Assembly: GCA_025361305.1 (NCBI GenBank)
Contig: JANYAN010000198.1
Location: 1-40,555, forward strand
Direction: 5' to 3'
From: Burkholderiales bacterium
GTDB taxonomy: Bacteria; Pseudomonadota; Gammaproteobacteria; Burkholderiales; Burkholderiaceae_C
DNA: 40,555 nt
How positions within the stretch are numbered: the stretch's first letter is position 1; each line of letters begins with the position of its first letter. Position numbers and translations under genes: made by a program. Below are positions 39,239 through 40,555 of the stretch, one piece after another. The notes under the pieces are model-generated. The model saw only the letters and a program-made list of their open reading frames with translations. It was not told the origin of the DNA and did not search any database.

Positions 39239-40555
39239 TCACGCCTCCTTCGGCCTGAGGTCGCGCACGCGCACGGCCTTGCCTTGCGAGCGCGGCACGG
39301 TGCCGGGTGCCTGGACCACGACTTCGGTCGTGATGCCGACCAGCGACTTGATGTGGTGCCTGACGTCACGCGCCACTTGCGCGAAGCTCTCCGGGTTGGT
39401 GCAGGGCAGGGCTTCGACCTCGACACGCACACGGTCGAGGCTGCCTTCTCGCTCGACCACCAGCTGGTAGTGCGGCGCCAGGAACGGGCGGCCCACCAGC
39501 ACCGCCTCGATCTGTGAGGGATAGACGTTGACACCGCGAATGATCAGCATGTCGTCGTTTCGGCCGGTGATGCGAAGGATGCGAACGTGGGTGCGGCCAC
39601 AGTCGCACCGAGCCGTGGTCAGCCGCGTGATGTCGCGCGTGCGGTAACGCAGCATCGGCAGCGCCTGCTTGGTCAGCGTGGTGATCACCAGTTCGCCAGC
39701 TTCGCCCTCGGGCAGCGACCGGCCGGTTTCGGGGTCGATGACCTCGAACAGAAAGTGATCCTCCCAGCCATGCAGGCCGTCCTGCACTTCGCACTCGCAT
39801 GCCACGCCCGGCCCCATGATCTCGGACAGACCGTAGATGTCGACCGCCTTCAGGCCCAGCCGCGCCTCGATCTCGCGGCGCATTGCCGTGCTCCAGGGCT
39901 CGGCACCGAACATGCCGATGCGCAGTGCGCTGGTGCGCAGATCCACACCCTGCTGTTCAGCCACTTCGGCAATGGCCAGCGCATAGGAAGGCGTGGCGCA
40001 AAGCACACGTGCCTTGAAATCCGTGATTAGGGTGATCTGGCGCTCGGTGGAGCCACCGGACATCGGCACCACCACCGCGCCAAGGCGCTCGGCACCGTAG
40101 TGGGCGCCCAGGCCGCCGGTGAACAACCCGTAGCCATAGGCGTTGTGCACGACATCGCCCGGGCGCACGCCGGCCGAGTACAGCGAACGGGCCATCAGGT
40201 TGGCCCAGGTATCGATGTCCTTCAGTGTGTAGCCGACGACGGTGGGCTTGCCGGTGGTGCCCGACGAAGCATGCAGGCGCGCCAGTTGATCGCAAGGCCG
40301 CGCGAACAGGCCGAACGGGTACTGGTCGCGCAGATCGGTCTTGACCGTGAAGGGCAGCCGCGCCAGATCCGACAGGGTGCGGATGTCCTGCGGCAGCGCG
40401 CCTGCTGCCTGCAGGCGCTGGCACACCAGCGGCACATGGTCATAGGCGTTCTGCACGGTTGCCTGCAGCCGTTCCAGCTGCAGGTGGGCGAGCCGCTCGC
40501 GTGGCATGGTTTCGCGCTCGGCGTGCAGGAAGCCGCGTTTTGCCGGCCCGGAGTT
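39239..40555 (-). CDS. paaK: Phenylacetate-CoA ligase family protein (5'-partial)
   Basis: HASSGTTGKPTVVGYT, AYGYGLFTGGLG.HYGAE, FGAEPW, DIYGLSE..GPGV, RYRTRDIT and GR.DDMLIIRGVNV. The frame stays open to the window end (..FLHAERETMPRE..). Confidence 0.9.
   Translation of the reverse strand, partial: NSGPAKRGFLHAERETMPRERLAHLQLERLQATVQNAYDHVPLVCQRLQAAGALPQDIRTLSDLARLPFTVKTDLRDQYPFGLFARPCDQLARLHASSGTTGKPTVVGYTLKDIDTWANLMARSLYSAGVRPGDVVHNAYGYGLFTGGLGAHYGAERLGAVVVPMSGGSTERQITLITDFKARVLCATPSYALAIAEVAEQQGVDLRTSALRIGMFGAEPWSTAMRREIEARLGLKAVDIYGLSEIMGPGVACECEVQDGLHGWEDHFLFEVIDPETGRSLPEGEAGELVITTLTKQALPMLRYRTRDITRLTTARCDCGRTHVRILRITGRNDDMLIIRGVNVYPSQIEAVLVGRPFLAPHYQLVVEREGSLDRVRVEVEALPCTNPESFAQVARDVRHHIKSLVGITTEVVVQAPGTVPRSQGKAVRVRDLRPKEA

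Overview
High-GC bacterial window; gene content points to a Burkholderiales/Comamonadaceae-like betaproteobacterium (inference). It has four blocks. (1) 1-6316: the 3' part of an indolepyruvate:ferredoxin oxidoreductase beta-type gene, then an ECF sigma (SigF/ECF16-type)/NrsF locus. This locus holds a bufferin-type RiPP cluster (DUF2282 precursor, DUF692 MNIO, DUF2063, DoxX) and a divergent thioredoxin-CcdA pair. Three TGTAACC-N16-CGAAyTA promoters are visible, and a truncated MTH1187/DUF77 gene closes the block. (2) 6449-18080: a Crp/Fnr regulator, two-component genes, a Gly-X-Thr collagen-like lipoprotein, a probable deleted KaiC-like ATPase remnant, a 4xIg + DUF3494 ice-binding lipoprotein with OmpA, and small stress genes (BON, glycine zipper, lmo0937-like). 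These share a recurring 14-bp palindrome GTnCG-N4-CGnAC(AGA), at a fixed distance from -10 hexamers at three sites. (3) 18089-24453: a class V aminotransferase, an IlvD/Edd dehydratase, a divergent TRAP transporter and an acyl-CoA thioesterase. (4) 24495-40555, minus strand: an anaerobic aromatic-CoA cluster reading paaK-like, hcrC, hcrA, then a 971-aa three-part fusion (HcrB + ferritin/rubrerythrin-like di-iron domain + aryl-CoA ligase). Downstream are two crotonases, a BadH-like SDR, a second TRAP system, DUF2249, a membrane protein, hemerythrin, a tandem GNAT and an SRPBCC protein. No rRNA, tRNA, CRISPR array or transposase was seen. All family calls come from motif recognition by eye, not database searches.
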